A stretch of DNA of 64,000 nucleotides from Candidatus Kapaibacterium sp. (GCA_038322815.1 JBBQGG010000004.1:1953-65952), one strand, 5' to 3'; counted from the first letter of the stretch, positions 32,986 to 42,914 are shown. Translations and numbers: made by a program. Notes: generated by a model not told the origin, from the sequence alone.

Positions 32986-35900
32986 TTATTTTTTCACCGG
33001 ATTCTTTTTCATCGCGCCGCTATCAGGCGGTGCTGTTTCCATTCCGAGCGAATGCTTGAGCGAATCAACATGCTGCTGCAACCCTTCGAACTCGAGCGCC
33101 AGACTTGTGCCGGCAAGATCTCTTCCGTAACGTTTGAAGAACTCATCATAGAGCGCTACAGCCTTTTGTTTGTCTCCTCTTTTCTCAGCCATCATAGCCT
33201 CGACTTCGAGGATTCGGAATTGGAATCTGCCCTGATCCTGAGGATTTTTGACAACCTGCGCCAAATGCTGCAAGATCGTTTGAGCCTTTTCAATATCACC
33301 GCTGGCGATCAATCCCTCAGCATAAAGCACATGGCCTTGCATCTCTCGTCCGGTTAATTGAGGAAGATTTGCCGTTTCGTTATATTGATTTTGAAGATCG
33401 ACCAATGCATACTTCTGGAATTTCTTTGCTTTTTCCGCATATCCGATCCGGTTAGCAAGCTGCGCAGTAAGCGGCATGATCTGATCGTCATAGTGTACTC
33501 GTTCAGGTGGAATAACACTATCGAGCATGTCAAGCGCCTTCTTGGCTTCGGTGATCTTCCCGACGTTTGCAAAATGATCTGCCAGAGAATAATATGTCTG
33601 CTGGAATGAGAAGAACGGTGCGAAGTTCGTACGGTCTTCATTGCTCCAGCGTGCCTGCGGATCGCGGAAAGTATTCAGAAGATATCCGCGATGCGGTGTT
33701 AGCACCGGAGTCGTCACAAGATTAAATGCTGCTTCTGCGCAGACATCTTCTCGGAGTCCTCTGCCGCCGGATTGCATAATAGGTGTTACGCGCTGCGACA
33801 TACCTTCGGATACAATAAATGGACGTAAGCCGACAAGATAATTATCCTGAACGAACGGAGCAAAATAGATCGGGCGAACATTGATATTCGCCTGGACTAT
33901 CGAGCGAACAAGTTGATCGGCTACCATGACGATATAATCATCTTTTCCTCGCTGCATCTCGCCTCGGAAATTCCATGTCATTACCCCATCAGTTGCATTC
34001 GGATTTCCGGTAAATTGCTGCATGGTTGCCGCGGTTATTTTTACGGATTCCGGCTTCAGCTTATCCTGATAATAATGAACACCAAATTCCGAATCATCAG
34101 GAGCATCAAGTACTTTATCCTCAAAGCCCGGAAGATCAACTTTCTTCCCGACTCCCCAGACATCTTTTTTAAGCTGCTTAATATACCAGCTCATATTACC
34201 GAGTGAAAGATTGACAATGCGCACATCACGACGAATGCCATAGACATCCTGTGCGCACCAGAGCGGGAATGTATCGTTATCTCCGGCAGTGAAAAGAATA
34301 GCATCTTTATCACAGCTTTGCAATACGTTATACGCGTATTCGAGTGGAATATTATTATGCGATCGGGAATATTCCCTCCACTTCGAAGATTGATCGAATG
34401 TCTTGCCTGTCATCATTCCTGCAAGACCGATGCATTGATTCAGCGGAATTAAGATCATCGCAGCGGCGAATGTTCCGCCAATGAGGGCGATACTTCCCTG
34501 ATTTCCTGTTGCGATCGGTGTATCGATATTTTCATCATCGCCCGAACTTAATTTTTTCGCGCGCAGCATTTCCATGATGCCCGTTGCACCGATGCCTATC
34601 CACATGGCATAGAGATAGAATGCTCCAACGTAAAAATAATCACGTTCGCGTGGCTGCGGGTCCTGCTGGTTCTGATACCATGCCGTTGCCCAGCCGAAGA
34701 GAATGAACGCTGCTAATATCGTGAGCGCTCGTTTCGGGTCTCGCTTGAAATGCCAATAGAGACCGACGAGTCCTAAGATGAATGGCAAGCCCCATGTCTT
34801 CGACCAATCAACTCCCGAGCCATCGGCTTGATTTACTCTGCCCACAAAATTCCAGAGGAGATAGCGATTGTACATTTCATTGGTTTGGTATTTCAAAAAG
34901 AAATCCCAGTTGCCTGTATAATTCGAAAAAGTCGGATCCTCTTCATGAGGACGTTCCTGATCGCCAACCTGACGAGGCCATGGCGGACGGTAGCCGTACT
35001 GATCGCGATTAATAAATTCGGTGATGGATTTGAAACTGCTTGCATGATGCTGATTCATCGGTGGCTCCTGACCTGCACGAACGATGATCATGTAATATGT
35101 TGAGTAACCGAAGAAAAGCAGGAACACTGACCATAAGCATAAATTCAGCAATGCTTTTTTCTCGCGCTGAGAATAAATTATGCCGATCACCGTTCCGACG
35201 ATCAGTGCATATCCTGTGAGCTGCGAGATCATTGCATTCGGACTCGGAGCCATTTTTCCGGCAATATAGCCGATGATGTATCGAGCAAGAAATGCCAAGC
35301 CAATCTGCGTATAGGTTCGCTTGGAAACTCCAAAATATCCTTTATCTTTTGTTGCAGTGGCTTTCGTCGAAGCATTATATATCCAGACAACAATTGCTGC
35401 GCCTATAACTCCGTATGCCGTAGTGATCGCACCGCCTCCGAGCAATTCTACAAGTTCGGATAGAACGAGTTTGAATGCGATGACAAATGCAACGCATGAT
35501 GCAAGTACCATTGCAAACCACGAAGCAACGGTCGTATCTTTTCTGCGGCGGTAATAGATCAGCATGAAGCATGGGAACACTGCAAGCAATGCTAATTGAT
35601 GCACGCCGAGCGAAAGTCCGATCACATACGAAACAAGCAGCAGATATTTTTCCGAATGCTCTTCTTCTGCATGATCGTACCAGACGAGCATTAGCCACGG
35701 AATGATGGAAATAAAGAGCGAGCCGAATGCATAAACTTCGCATTCGAGGGCATTGAACCAGAAGCTATCGGTGAAACAATAGGTCAACGCAGCAATTAGT
35801 GCGCCGCCATAAACGGTCATCTCATCAAGAAAAGATTTCGGTTCGCCGCGCCAGAGCTTGATAAGGCGCGCCGTCGTAAGATAGAGCAGTAATATCGAAA

Positions 35901-36156
35901 GTGCCGATACAAGTACTGAGAAAAGATTATACCGCGCAACAGGATCGCTAAATGTCGGCAGCATCATGGCAAAGCGCCCCAGTATCGTCCAGAGCGGCGA
36001 GCCCGGCGGATGCCCGACTTGTAAGCCGACTGCTGCAGCGGCAAATTCACCGCAATCCCAAAATGAAATGGAAGGCTGCATCGTCAGCAAATACGTGAAA
36101 AATGCGACGAAGAACGCTATTCCTGCGAATATATAATGATTCCGTTTAGATACCAT
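32986..36156 (-). CDS. DUF2723 (TMEM260-like) GT-C membrane protein with C-terminal TPR region, paralogue A
   Basis: PSISFWDCGEFAAAAVGLQVGHPPGSPLW, FNALECEVYAFG, YQNQQDPQPRERDYFYVGAF. 1056 aa. Confidence 0.8.
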   Translation of the reverse strand: MVSKRNHYIFAGIAFFVAFFTYLLTMQPSISFWDCGEFAAAAVGLQVGHPPGSPLWTILGRFAMMLPTFSDPVARYNLFSVLVSALSILLLYLTTARLIKLWRGEPKSFLDEMTVYGGALIAALTYCFTDSFWFNALECEVYAFGSLFISIIPWLMLVWYDHAEEEHSEKYLLLVSYVIGLSLGVHQLALLAVFPCFMLIYYRRRKDTTVASWFAMVLASCVAFVIAFKLVLSELVELLGGGAITTAYGVIGAAIVVWIYNASTKATATKDKGYFGVSKRTYTQIGLAFLARYIIGYIAGKMAPSPNAMISQLTGYALIVGTVIGIIYSQREKKALLNLCLWSVFLLFFGYSTYYMIIVRAGQEPPMNQHHASSFKSITEFINRDQYGYRPPWPRQVGDQERPHEEDPTFSNYTGNWDFFLKYQTNEMYNRYLLWNFVGRVNQADGSGVDWSKTWGLPFILGLVGLYWHFKRDPKRALTILAAFILFGWATAWYQNQQDPQPRERDYFYVGAFYLYAMWIGIGATGIMEMLRAKKLSSGDDENIDTPIATGNQGSIALIGGTFAAAMILIPLNQCIGLAGMMTGKTFDQSSKWREYSRSHNNIPLEYAYNVLQSCDKDAILFTAGDNDTFPLWCAQDVYGIRRDVRIVNLSLGNMSWYIKQLKKDVWGVGKKVDLPGFEDKVLDAPDDSEFGVHYYQDKLKPESVKITAATMQQFTGNPNATDGVMTWNFRGEMQRGKDDYIVMVADQLVRSIVQANINVRPIYFAPFVQDNYLVGLRPFIVSEGMSQRVTPIMQSGGRGLREDVCAEAAFNLVTTPVLTPHRGYLLNTFRDPQARWSNEDRTNFAPFFSFQQTYYSLADHFANVGKITEAKKALDMLDSVIPPERVHYDDQIMPLTAQLANRIGYAEKAKKFQKYALVDLQNQYNETANLPQLTGREMQGHVLYAEGLIASGDIEKAQTILQHLAQVVKNPQDQGRFQFRILEVEAMMAEKRGDKQKAVALYDEFFKRYGRDLAGTSLALEFEGLQQHVDSLKHSLGMETAPPDSGAMKKNPVKK

Positions 36157-36307
36157 CAGAGATAAATTATAAAAATTTCAAGCACTATTAAACCCATTTT
36201 AGGCTAAGAGCAATCCCTTAGATCTGGGATTATTATCATATTAATGCTCGTTCAATCTATTATGATAGCGCAGCTATTTTGTAGGCTGTTCTACTCCATA
36301 ATTAAGA

Positions 36308-37232
36308 ATGAAATTTTTAAGCTTTCAAATCATCATCCTGTCGCTTTTGCTCCTTCTTTCATTGCAAGGAGCGAAAGCGCAGTATGTTTGGACGATGACT
36401 CATCCTGATACCGCTTCCGGAAATACTTACTATTTTACAGCGCTTTCATGTTCGGGTGACAACTGCACTGCAGGCGGAATATATACGGACGGTGGTTTCA
36501 ATTTTAAACACGCTTTTTTTGCATTTTGGCGAAGCACTGATGCCGGCATAAGTTGGGTTATGCAGGATCCGGGATTTGGAAACATTGGAGCAGCACAAGG
36601 GTACCAGATCACTGCCATTCAGCAAATTGATTCATTGAATATCGTTGCATCGAGCGATTCAGGCTTTCTCTTTCATAGTTTTGACGCAGGTAAAACATGG
36701 AATATTCAACATTGCAATACTATTTGGGGTCTTTTTGATGTTCATTTCTCAGATTCTCTTACCGGTATCGTCATAAGCGGAGGTCCTACCCCTATTCATA
36801 CGACGACAGACGGCGGAAGGCATTGGGTTGACGCACAATATCAAATATGACGCAGGATATGCAAATGGAATATGCTGGGCTTCAAATGGTCAACTCGTTG
36901 CAGCATATCAGAACTTTGAGGATCGAGGCTCGGCAGGAATACTCATCAAAGGAGACCAAATCAGGTCTCGGGTAGAAGCTTACGAACATATTGTTTGGAA
37001 TACATTTCTTTATCCAAATCCTGCATCTAAAGAGTTAAAAATTCTCTCAGTAGATGCATCAAGACCCATCAGCATTTATGACATGCTCGGGCGCGAAATG
37101 CTAAAGGGGTATACAGATTCCAAAGGAAAACTTCTAATGGATATTTCATCTCTTTCAAGAGGAATTTATTTCGTAATGCTTGATCACTATGGAAAAATCC
37201 TCCCGATTGGTAAGGTTGCTGTAATTAGATAA
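36308..37232 (+). pseudogene. BNR-repeat T9SS protein split by a frameshift near 36780-36850
   Basis: ORF 36308-36850 has a signal peptide plus STDAGISW, FDAGKTW and TTDGGRHW boxes. ORF 36828-37232 is in another frame and holds only the T9SS sorting domain (LYPNPASKELKIL...GIYFVMLDH). The second frame is open from 36777. Confidence 0.6.
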
Positions 37233-37241
37233 TTATCAACC

Positions 37242-38393
37242 CTACTCAAACACATGCGGAATAAATCTTGAGGTGTTCGTCGTGATAAGGCTATCGGATT
37301 CGCGAATGCCTATTCCTGCGGGCTGCTGACCGATGATCCAGCTTCCGATGACGGGATAATTTCCATCAAAATTCGGAAGAGGGCAAAGTTCTTGGACGAT
37401 ATATCCTTCCTTGCCGTAATCACCGGGAGTTTTCGCATCTATGCCCGAACCTTTGAGAGTAATATTTGCACCTTCGCGGGAGAAAAGCGGTTTGATAGCG
37501 CATTTATCCGCTAATTTTATTATTGCATCGTCGCCACTGAAATACGCCGGGAGCAGATTTTTATGACCGGGATAAAGCTTCCATAAGATCGGAAGAATAC
37601 CTTTGTTCGAAAGCAGCATTTTAAATGGCGGCTCAAGCCAGCAAGTGCTTGTATTCACGGTCAAGAATTTACTGAACTCTTCATTATCAGCAGTCATCCA
37701 TTCCCAGGGATAGAGTTTGAAAAGATTTTTAATTTCATTTCCATCCAGATCAGCCCAGAGATTTCGTTCGTGATCCCATCCGATATCGGACATATCCATG
37801 AAGAACGTTTTATATCCGGCTTGCTCGGCAGTATCGCGCATATATTGCACCGTTACGCTATCTTCAATGCTTGACTGCATACAGGCAAAATGGATCGTGT
37901 TCGGATCTTTTAAGTAGGGGCGCAGAAAAGTCCAATACGCAATAAGTTTTTCGTGAATGGAATTGAACTGATCTTTTGATTTATCGAATTCCTGAAGCCA
38001 ATACCATTGAATAACGCTTGCTTCGAGCAGACTTGTCGGAGTGTCGCCATTGAATTCATAAAGCTTTGCCGGAGATTTTCCATCATAGCGCAGATCGAAC
38101 CTGCCGTAAAGTGCAGGATCTTCATTATCCCATGAGTTGATAATGTAGTCTTTCCATTTATCGGCAATACCCAATTGCGCAAAAAGATTATTATCGATCA
38201 CATGCTGCGCGGCGGCAAGGCACATATCGTAAAGCTCGGAGGTTACGGCTTCAAGTTCATCAACTTCACGCGAAGAAAATTTATAGTATGCGCGTTCATC
38301 CCAATAAATTGTATCGAGGCTATGATAGAGAAAACCTAACTCTTCAACTTTTTTTACCCAATCGGTACGAGGTTCGATCTTAATTCGCTGCAT
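37242..38393 (-). CDS. glutathionylspermidine-synthase-family ATP-grasp protein (YgiC/YjfC-like)
   Basis: MQRIKIEPRTDWVKKVEELGFLYHS...YWDERAYYKF...VTSELYDM and the C-terminal ATP-grasp part. 383 aa. Confidence 0.75.
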   Translation of the reverse strand: MQRIKIEPRTDWVKKVEELGFLYHSLDTIYWDERAYYKFSSREVDELEAVTSELYDMCLAAAQHVIDNNLFAQLGIADKWKDYIINSWDNEDPALYGRFDLRYDGKSPAKLYEFNGDTPTSLLEASVIQWYWLQEFDKSKDQFNSIHEKLIAYWTFLRPYLKDPNTIHFACMQSSIEDSVTVQYMRDTAEQAGYKTFFMDMSDIGWDHERNLWADLDGNEIKNLFKLYPWEWMTADNEEFSKFLTVNTSTCWLEPPFKMLLSNKGILPILWKLYPGHKNLLPAYFSGDDAIIKLADKCAIKPLFSREGANITLKGSGIDAKTPGDYGKEGYIVQELCPLPNFDGNYPVIGSWIIGQQPAGIGIRESDSLITTNTSRFIPHVFE

Positions 38394-38458
38394 AATATTA
38401 TATTTTTCGTCATTCTCAGTGGAACGAAGCGGATCGAAGAATCTGAGCTTTCATTGAA

Positions 38459-38806
38459 TCAAGCTCCGACTCCATGTGCCATTCCGTTGCCGCCGAAACC
38501 CCCTCTGCCGATCGAGCCATGTGCCGAAGCATGCCCTTGACCATATCCGCCATAACCGCTATACATACCGTAACCCATGCCTCCGCCATAATATCTGTGA
38601 TAACCAAATCCATCAAACATCCGGCTGATCAGATAATACCGTAAAAAACCGTGATCATAATGCGTGTACATCATTCCTGAATCACGACTTGTGCCTGCCC
38701 AGCTATACTCATCGTATGGATTCGGCTTGTGTTCCTCTTTGCCGCCACATGCGCCAAGCGCAATAGCAGAGAGAAGTGTCAGAGCGATCGCTTTGCTTTT
38801 TTTCAT
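38459..38806 (-). CDS. Gly/Tyr-rich lipoprotein, possibly YgiB/DUF1190-like
   Basis: Lipobox LGAC after MKKSKAIALTLLSAIA. C-terminus ...GSIGRGGFGGNGMAHGVGA. Lies upstream of the YgiC-like gene, as in E. coli ygiBC. Confidence 0.5.
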   Translation of the reverse strand: MKKSKAIALTLLSAIALGACGGKEEHKPNPYDEYSWAGTSRDSGMMYTHYDHGFLRYYLISRMFDGFGYHRYYGGGMGYGMYSGYGGYGQGHASAHGSIGRGGFGGNGMAHGVGA

Positions 38807-39154
38807 TCAGTTTCTCAAAGAATCGACCTTGAAAAGAATATCGTATTGTTTATTTACTTGGTTGTACCCTGCTTCTTCTTCTTCTTCATCGGCAACGTTC
38901 ACAACTTCCGTTCCGAGACTTGGCAATGTGTCGGAGGAAACAATAAGATGCTGATCCTGCTTATTTTTTAGAAAAATATTTTTCTCTAATTGAAAGACGG
39001 TGCGCCCATCAGGAAGAGTTTTTGTATGAAGCAAAAGCTCGACTGCATTTTCCTTGAATACTTGCGGCGGCTTATTTTGATTAGGATCTTCTTTTTTTGC
39101 GCAGCCTGAAAATATTGCAGCGAAAAAAAATGATAGGAGTATAAAAGTTTTCAT
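38807..39154 (-). CDS. hypothetical lipoprotein
   Basis: MKTFILLSFFFAAIFSGC lipobox. Its stop abuts the start of the next gene. Confidence 0.55.
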   Translation of the reverse strand: MKTFILLSFFFAAIFSGCAKKEDPNQNKPPQVFKENAVELLLHTKTLPDGRTVFQLEKNIFLKNKQDQHLIVSSDTLPSLGTEVVNVADEEEEEAGYNQVNKQYDILFKVDSLRN

Positions 39155-39192
39155 TTCAATGAAAGTGTGAACAAAATGTTTTAGTATGTAGC

Positions 39193-42090
39193 TTACTTCA
39201 ATTCATCTCTTTTCTGAACTAAATATTTATACTCCGGCGGCAACTGATCTTCAGGAACGCCGAGCATCTTGATCGCTTCGTCATATTTTGCTGCGGCACT
39301 AGCTTTATTACCTGACCGCACAAGTTTCAAAGCCTGAGCTTCTGCCGTTTTGACTCCGAATGTTCTCGTGTCGTTAGTCGCTTTAGCCAGTAGAGAATAA
39401 AGACTGATGGCTTCATCATATCTTCCGATGATAATATCAAGACCTGCGCGCATAAATTGCAATTGTAAATGAGTGCGTTCTTGGGCTTCACTGCCTCCGG
39501 CAGTATATTTACTGTCGCGCTCATCAAGATTTTTCATTGCAAAATTTGCATACCGTATTGCCTTTACCGAGTCACCGCACTTCATGAAATCTTCAGCAAC
39601 GATATCGAAAAGGATGTCGTCAGTATTCACGATCTCCGGCGGCAGCAGATTATCCATTCTATTGAGTGCATGCAATGCTTCCGCTTTATCCCCTTTCTGA
39701 AGTTCGAATGTTACGAGCTTTAAGAAAGCCAGATAATAACTTTGCGAATACGCCCCATCGAGATAACTATGATGCGCTTTCGGATCGTTATATGTCCGGA
39801 TCAGCATTCCTTTATGCGGCTCCTGATACGGTGTTGAGGGCGGATTATAAAAATACTGCTTCAAGCGATCTTCAAATACCGGACCGCCGTAATCGGAGCG
39901 GTACTCCGGATGAGGGTCAGGTGTAACTCGTAATGCCATGCCTTCGGAGACAAGATATGGATCAAGACCTGAGCGATAATTATCCGGAACTGAGGTTGAA
40001 AAATAGATCGGCCTGTCATTAATATTATTTTTCAAAATATCGACGATAAGCTGATCGCTGACTGTGAAAATATAATTCTTCCCGTCACCGAATGTGCCGG
40101 TTTGATTCCAGTTCAGAGTTGCAGCACCTCGACTTGAATCTCCGGTTATATAGCGCACTGCATCGGCGCTGATCGGCACGGTCTGATTCTTTGGTGTACC
40201 TTGATCGTAATGTGGTGCAAGGGGTGAATCCTGCGATAATTGCAATGATGCATCGGTAAATGAAGTGAGCGCAATTTTCTTTGCACCCCATGGTGATTGA
40301 TTTTTTAACGCATCGATATACCATCCGATATTCGAAAGGGAAAGCTGAACAATACGCACATCACGCCGGATAGAATACACATCCTGCAAACACCAGAGAG
40401 GAAAGGTATCATTATCGCCGAAGGTAAAGAGAATCGCATCTTTCTCGCAGCTTTGCAAAATATTATATCCGTAATCGAACGGAATATAATTTCCCTGCCT
40501 CGAATACTCTGCCCATTTCGAACTCTGCTCGAAACTCTTGCCCATAGCAAGCCCTGCAAGCCCAACGCATTGGTTCAGAGGTACAAGAACAAGCGCTGCA
40601 AGAAATACTGCGCCAAGCATTGCCGTATTTCCTTCGCCTGTTGCCACGAGAATTGTTTTAGGGTTTTCCTCATCTGCACCCGATTTTTTCTTTGCGCGAA
40701 GAATTTCCATCACACCCGTTGCGCCGATGCCTATCCACATTGCATAGACATAGAATGCTCCCACATAAAAATAATCGCGTTCGCGCGGCTGCGGATCTTG
40801 TTGATTCTGATACCATGCCGTCAACCATCCCAGCATAATAAATGCTGCAAGAAGCGTTAGTGCTCGTTTTTTATCTCGTCTGAAATGCCAATAACATCCG
40901 AAAAGCCCGAGTAGAAATGGAATCCCAAAAGTTTTTGACCAATCAACTCCCGCATCTTGCTTATCATTTTCACGACCGATGAAATTCCATTCGAGATAGC
41001 GGTTATACATGTGGTCAGTCTGGTAGCGCCAGAAGAAATCCAGATCACTTGTATAATTCGTCCAGGTCGCACCTGCTTTTTGTCCTTCATCGTTCACAGC
41101 TCTGCGTGGAAATGGCGGGCGGTAGCCGTATTGATCACGGTTGATAAAACTCGTCAGGCGCGCAAGGGTCTTCGGTGCATTTTCATTCATCGGCGGATTC
41201 TGGTTTGCCCGTACGACCATCATTAAGTATGTTGAATATCCGATGAATAAAAGGATACAAGCCCAGAAGCTGAGATTCAGAAGAGGTTTTTTCTTTTTCT
41301 GCGAATACCAGATTCCATAGATCGAGCCGCCAAGAAGGGCGATGGCAATAATTTTGCCAAATCCATCAGATCCAAGCCATTCGATGATCTGCGAAAGTAC
41401 GATCTTATAAGCAATAAAAAATGCTGCAATTGATGCAGCAACCATGCCAAGCCAGGAAGCCGTCGTAACCTGAAAGCGTCTTCTATAATAGATCAGCATG
41501 AAGCACGGAAAGATCGTGATCAGCGCAAGTTGATGGACACCCATTGATAGCCCGATAACGTATGCCACAAGCAGCAGATATTTTTCCGAATGCTCTTCAT
41601 CTGCATGATCGTACCAGATGAACATCAGCCATGGAATCAGCGCAATAAAAAAAGTGCCAAAGGAATAGACTTCGCATTCCAGCGCATTGAACCAGAAGCT
41701 ATCGGTGAAGCAATATGCAAGTGCGCCGATGAGTGCGCCGCCAAAATGCGTGAGGATATCAGCCGTGGATTTCGGTTCGCCGCGCCAAAGTTTGATGATG
41801 CGCACAAGCGTTAAATAAAGCAGAGTCACCGTTCCGGCAGAGGCAAGGACGGCAAAAAGATTGTAGCGGGCAACGGGATCAGCCATAGTCGGCAAAATCA
41901 TCGCTATGCGCCCGACGATAGTCCATAACGGCGAACCAGGTGGATGCGGAATTTGCATTGCCCATGCAGCCGCGGCGAATTCCCCGCAATCCCAAAAAGG
42001 AATCGTCGGCTGCATCGTAATAAAGAAAGTCAGAAAGGCTACGAGAAAGGCGAAGCCTGCAAAAAGATAATGGGTTCGTTTCAGATTCAT
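39193..42090 (-). CDS. DUF2723 (TMEM260-like) GT-C membrane protein with C-terminal TPR region, paralogue B
   Basis: Start taken at MNLKRTHYLFAGFAF (42090). PTIPFWDCGEFAAAAWAMQIPHPPGSPLW and YQNQQDPQPRERDYFYVGAF. The 92 extra codons of the track ORF read through a repeat. Confidence 0.8.
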   Translation of the reverse strand: MNLKRTHYLFAGFAFLVAFLTFFITMQPTIPFWDCGEFAAAAWAMQIPHPPGSPLWTIVGRIAMILPTMADPVARYNLFAVLASAGTVTLLYLTLVRIIKLWRGEPKSTADILTHFGGALIGALAYCFTDSFWFNALECEVYSFGTFFIALIPWLMFIWYDHADEEHSEKYLLLVAYVIGLSMGVHQLALITIFPCFMLIYYRRRFQVTTASWLGMVAASIAAFFIAYKIVLSQIIEWLGSDGFGKIIAIALLGGSIYGIWYSQKKKKPLLNLSFWACILLFIGYSTYLMMVVRANQNPPMNENAPKTLARLTSFINRDQYGYRPPFPRRAVNDEGQKAGATWTNYTSDLDFFWRYQTDHMYNRYLEWNFIGRENDKQDAGVDWSKTFGIPFLLGLFGCYWHFRRDKKRALTLLAAFIMLGWLTAWYQNQQDPQPRERDYFYVGAFYVYAMWIGIGATGVMEILRAKKKSGADEENPKTILVATGEGNTAMLGAVFLAALVLVPLNQCVGLAGLAMGKSFEQSSKWAEYSRQGNYIPFDYGYNILQSCEKDAILFTFGDNDTFPLWCLQDVYSIRRDVRIVQLSLSNIGWYIDALKNQSPWGAKKIALTSFTDASLQLSQDSPLAPHYDQGTPKNQTVPISADAVRYITGDSSRGAATLNWNQTGTFGDGKNYIFTVSDQLIVDILKNNINDRPIYFSTSVPDNYRSGLDPYLVSEGMALRVTPDPHPEYRSDYGGPVFEDRLKQYFYNPPSTPYQEPHKGMLIRTYNDPKAHHSYLDGAYSQSYYLAFLKLVTFELQKGDKAEALHALNRMDNLLPPEIVNTDDILFDIVAEDFMKCGDSVKAIRYANFAMKNLDERDSKYTAGGSEAQERTHLQLQFMRAGLDIIIGRYDEAISLYSLLAKATNDTRTFGVKTAEAQALKLVRSGNKASAAAKYDEAIKMLGVPEDQLPPEYKYLVQKRDELK

Positions 42091-42175
42091 TAATATAGAT
42101 GAATTTAGAACTTCAAAAATACGATGAAGAGTCGAGGAGGTTACAGAAAAGGGGTTTGTGGAAGAACTGCCAACG

Positions 42176-42334
42176 GTGTCATTTCGAACGGACTCTGACA
42201 CGCCCGAAGGGAGTGGCAGAGGTAGAGAGAAATCTATAAATAAAAATAATACCATACTTCCGTGAAGAAATAATAAGGATTTTATCTTTACTAAAGATTT
42301 CTTACTCCGGCTACGCCTCCGTTCGAAATGACAT
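42176..42334. repeat. palindromic repeat, TCGAACG subtype
   Basis: GTGTCATTTCGAACGG...CCGTTCGAAATGACAT with an AT-rich loop. Confidence 0.7.
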
Positions 42335-42351
42335 ATTCGGAATTTTCGCAT

Positions 42352-42384
42352 TATACGTAACAACATCTAATGTTTATACGTATA
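42352..42384. promoter_or_regulatory. candidate MarR operator (33-bp imperfect palindrome)
   Basis: TATACGTAACAACATCTAATGTTTATACGTATA ends 9 nt before the marR ATG. The half-sites match at 13 of 16 positions. Confidence 0.35.
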
Positions 42385-42392
42385 TTTGAATT

Positions 42393-42842
42393 ATGGAAAT
42401 CGGCAAAGAAATAAAACAGAGCAAATTCAGCAGTGAGTTTCAGAAGCTCATGATCAATCTTGGCTTCACTGCAAGCTGGGCGGAACGTATTACGTCGTCC
42501 AAGCTGAAAAGCTTTAAGCTGACACCACAGCAATTTAACATTCTGCGGATTCTGCGCGGACAGCACGGCAATCCGGCAACAATAAATTTGCTGACGGAGC
42601 GGATGATCGATAAAAGCTCGAATGCTTCGAGGCTTGTCGATAAGCTTATCGCAAAAGATCTCGTCAGCCGCCGAGAATGTCCTTCAGATAGAAGGCAAGT
42701 CGATGTTTCTATCACAAAGAAAGGGCTTGATCTTCTTGCAAAGATCGATAAAGAGCAGGAAGAATGGGTAAAAGAATTCAAAGGACTTTCCGTTGCCGAG
42801 GCAAAAGAGCTGAACAAATTGCTCGATAAATTGCGGGGATGA
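42393..42842 (+). CDS. MarR-family transcriptional regulator
   Basis: LTPQQFNILRIL...INLLTERMIDKSSNASRLVDKLIAKDLVSRRECPSDRRQVDVSITKKG is a winged HTH of MarR type. Confidence 0.85.
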   Translation: MEIGKEIKQSKFSSEFQKLMINLGFTASWAERITSSKLKSFKLTPQQFNILRILRGQHGNPATINLLTERMIDKSSNASRLVDKLIAKDLVSRRECPSDRRQVDVSITKKGLDLLAKIDKEQEEWVKEFKGLSVAEAKELNKLLDKLRG

Positions 42843-42914
42843 TTTTTTATGTATAGGCGCAGTTGCAATTTTTGCATCTGCATGAATTAACCATATTATA
42901 TAGGAGAGCTACGT

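Noticed and set aside
38416-38616. 66-aa ORF overlapping the Gly/Tyr-rich lipoprotein gene
   Set aside because: It is an alternative frame of the repetitive GGY-coding DNA. The lipoprotein frame has a proper lipobox and start.
42091-42366. 92-codon N-terminal extension of the DUF2723 ORF (track 39193-42366). Similar extensions occur at 23036-23116 (iscS), 13825-13911 and 52064-52105.
   Set aside because: The extensions read straight through palindromic repeats or non-conserved sequence. Internal Met codons give starts that align with the paralogue or family N-termini, and with signal peptides where expected.
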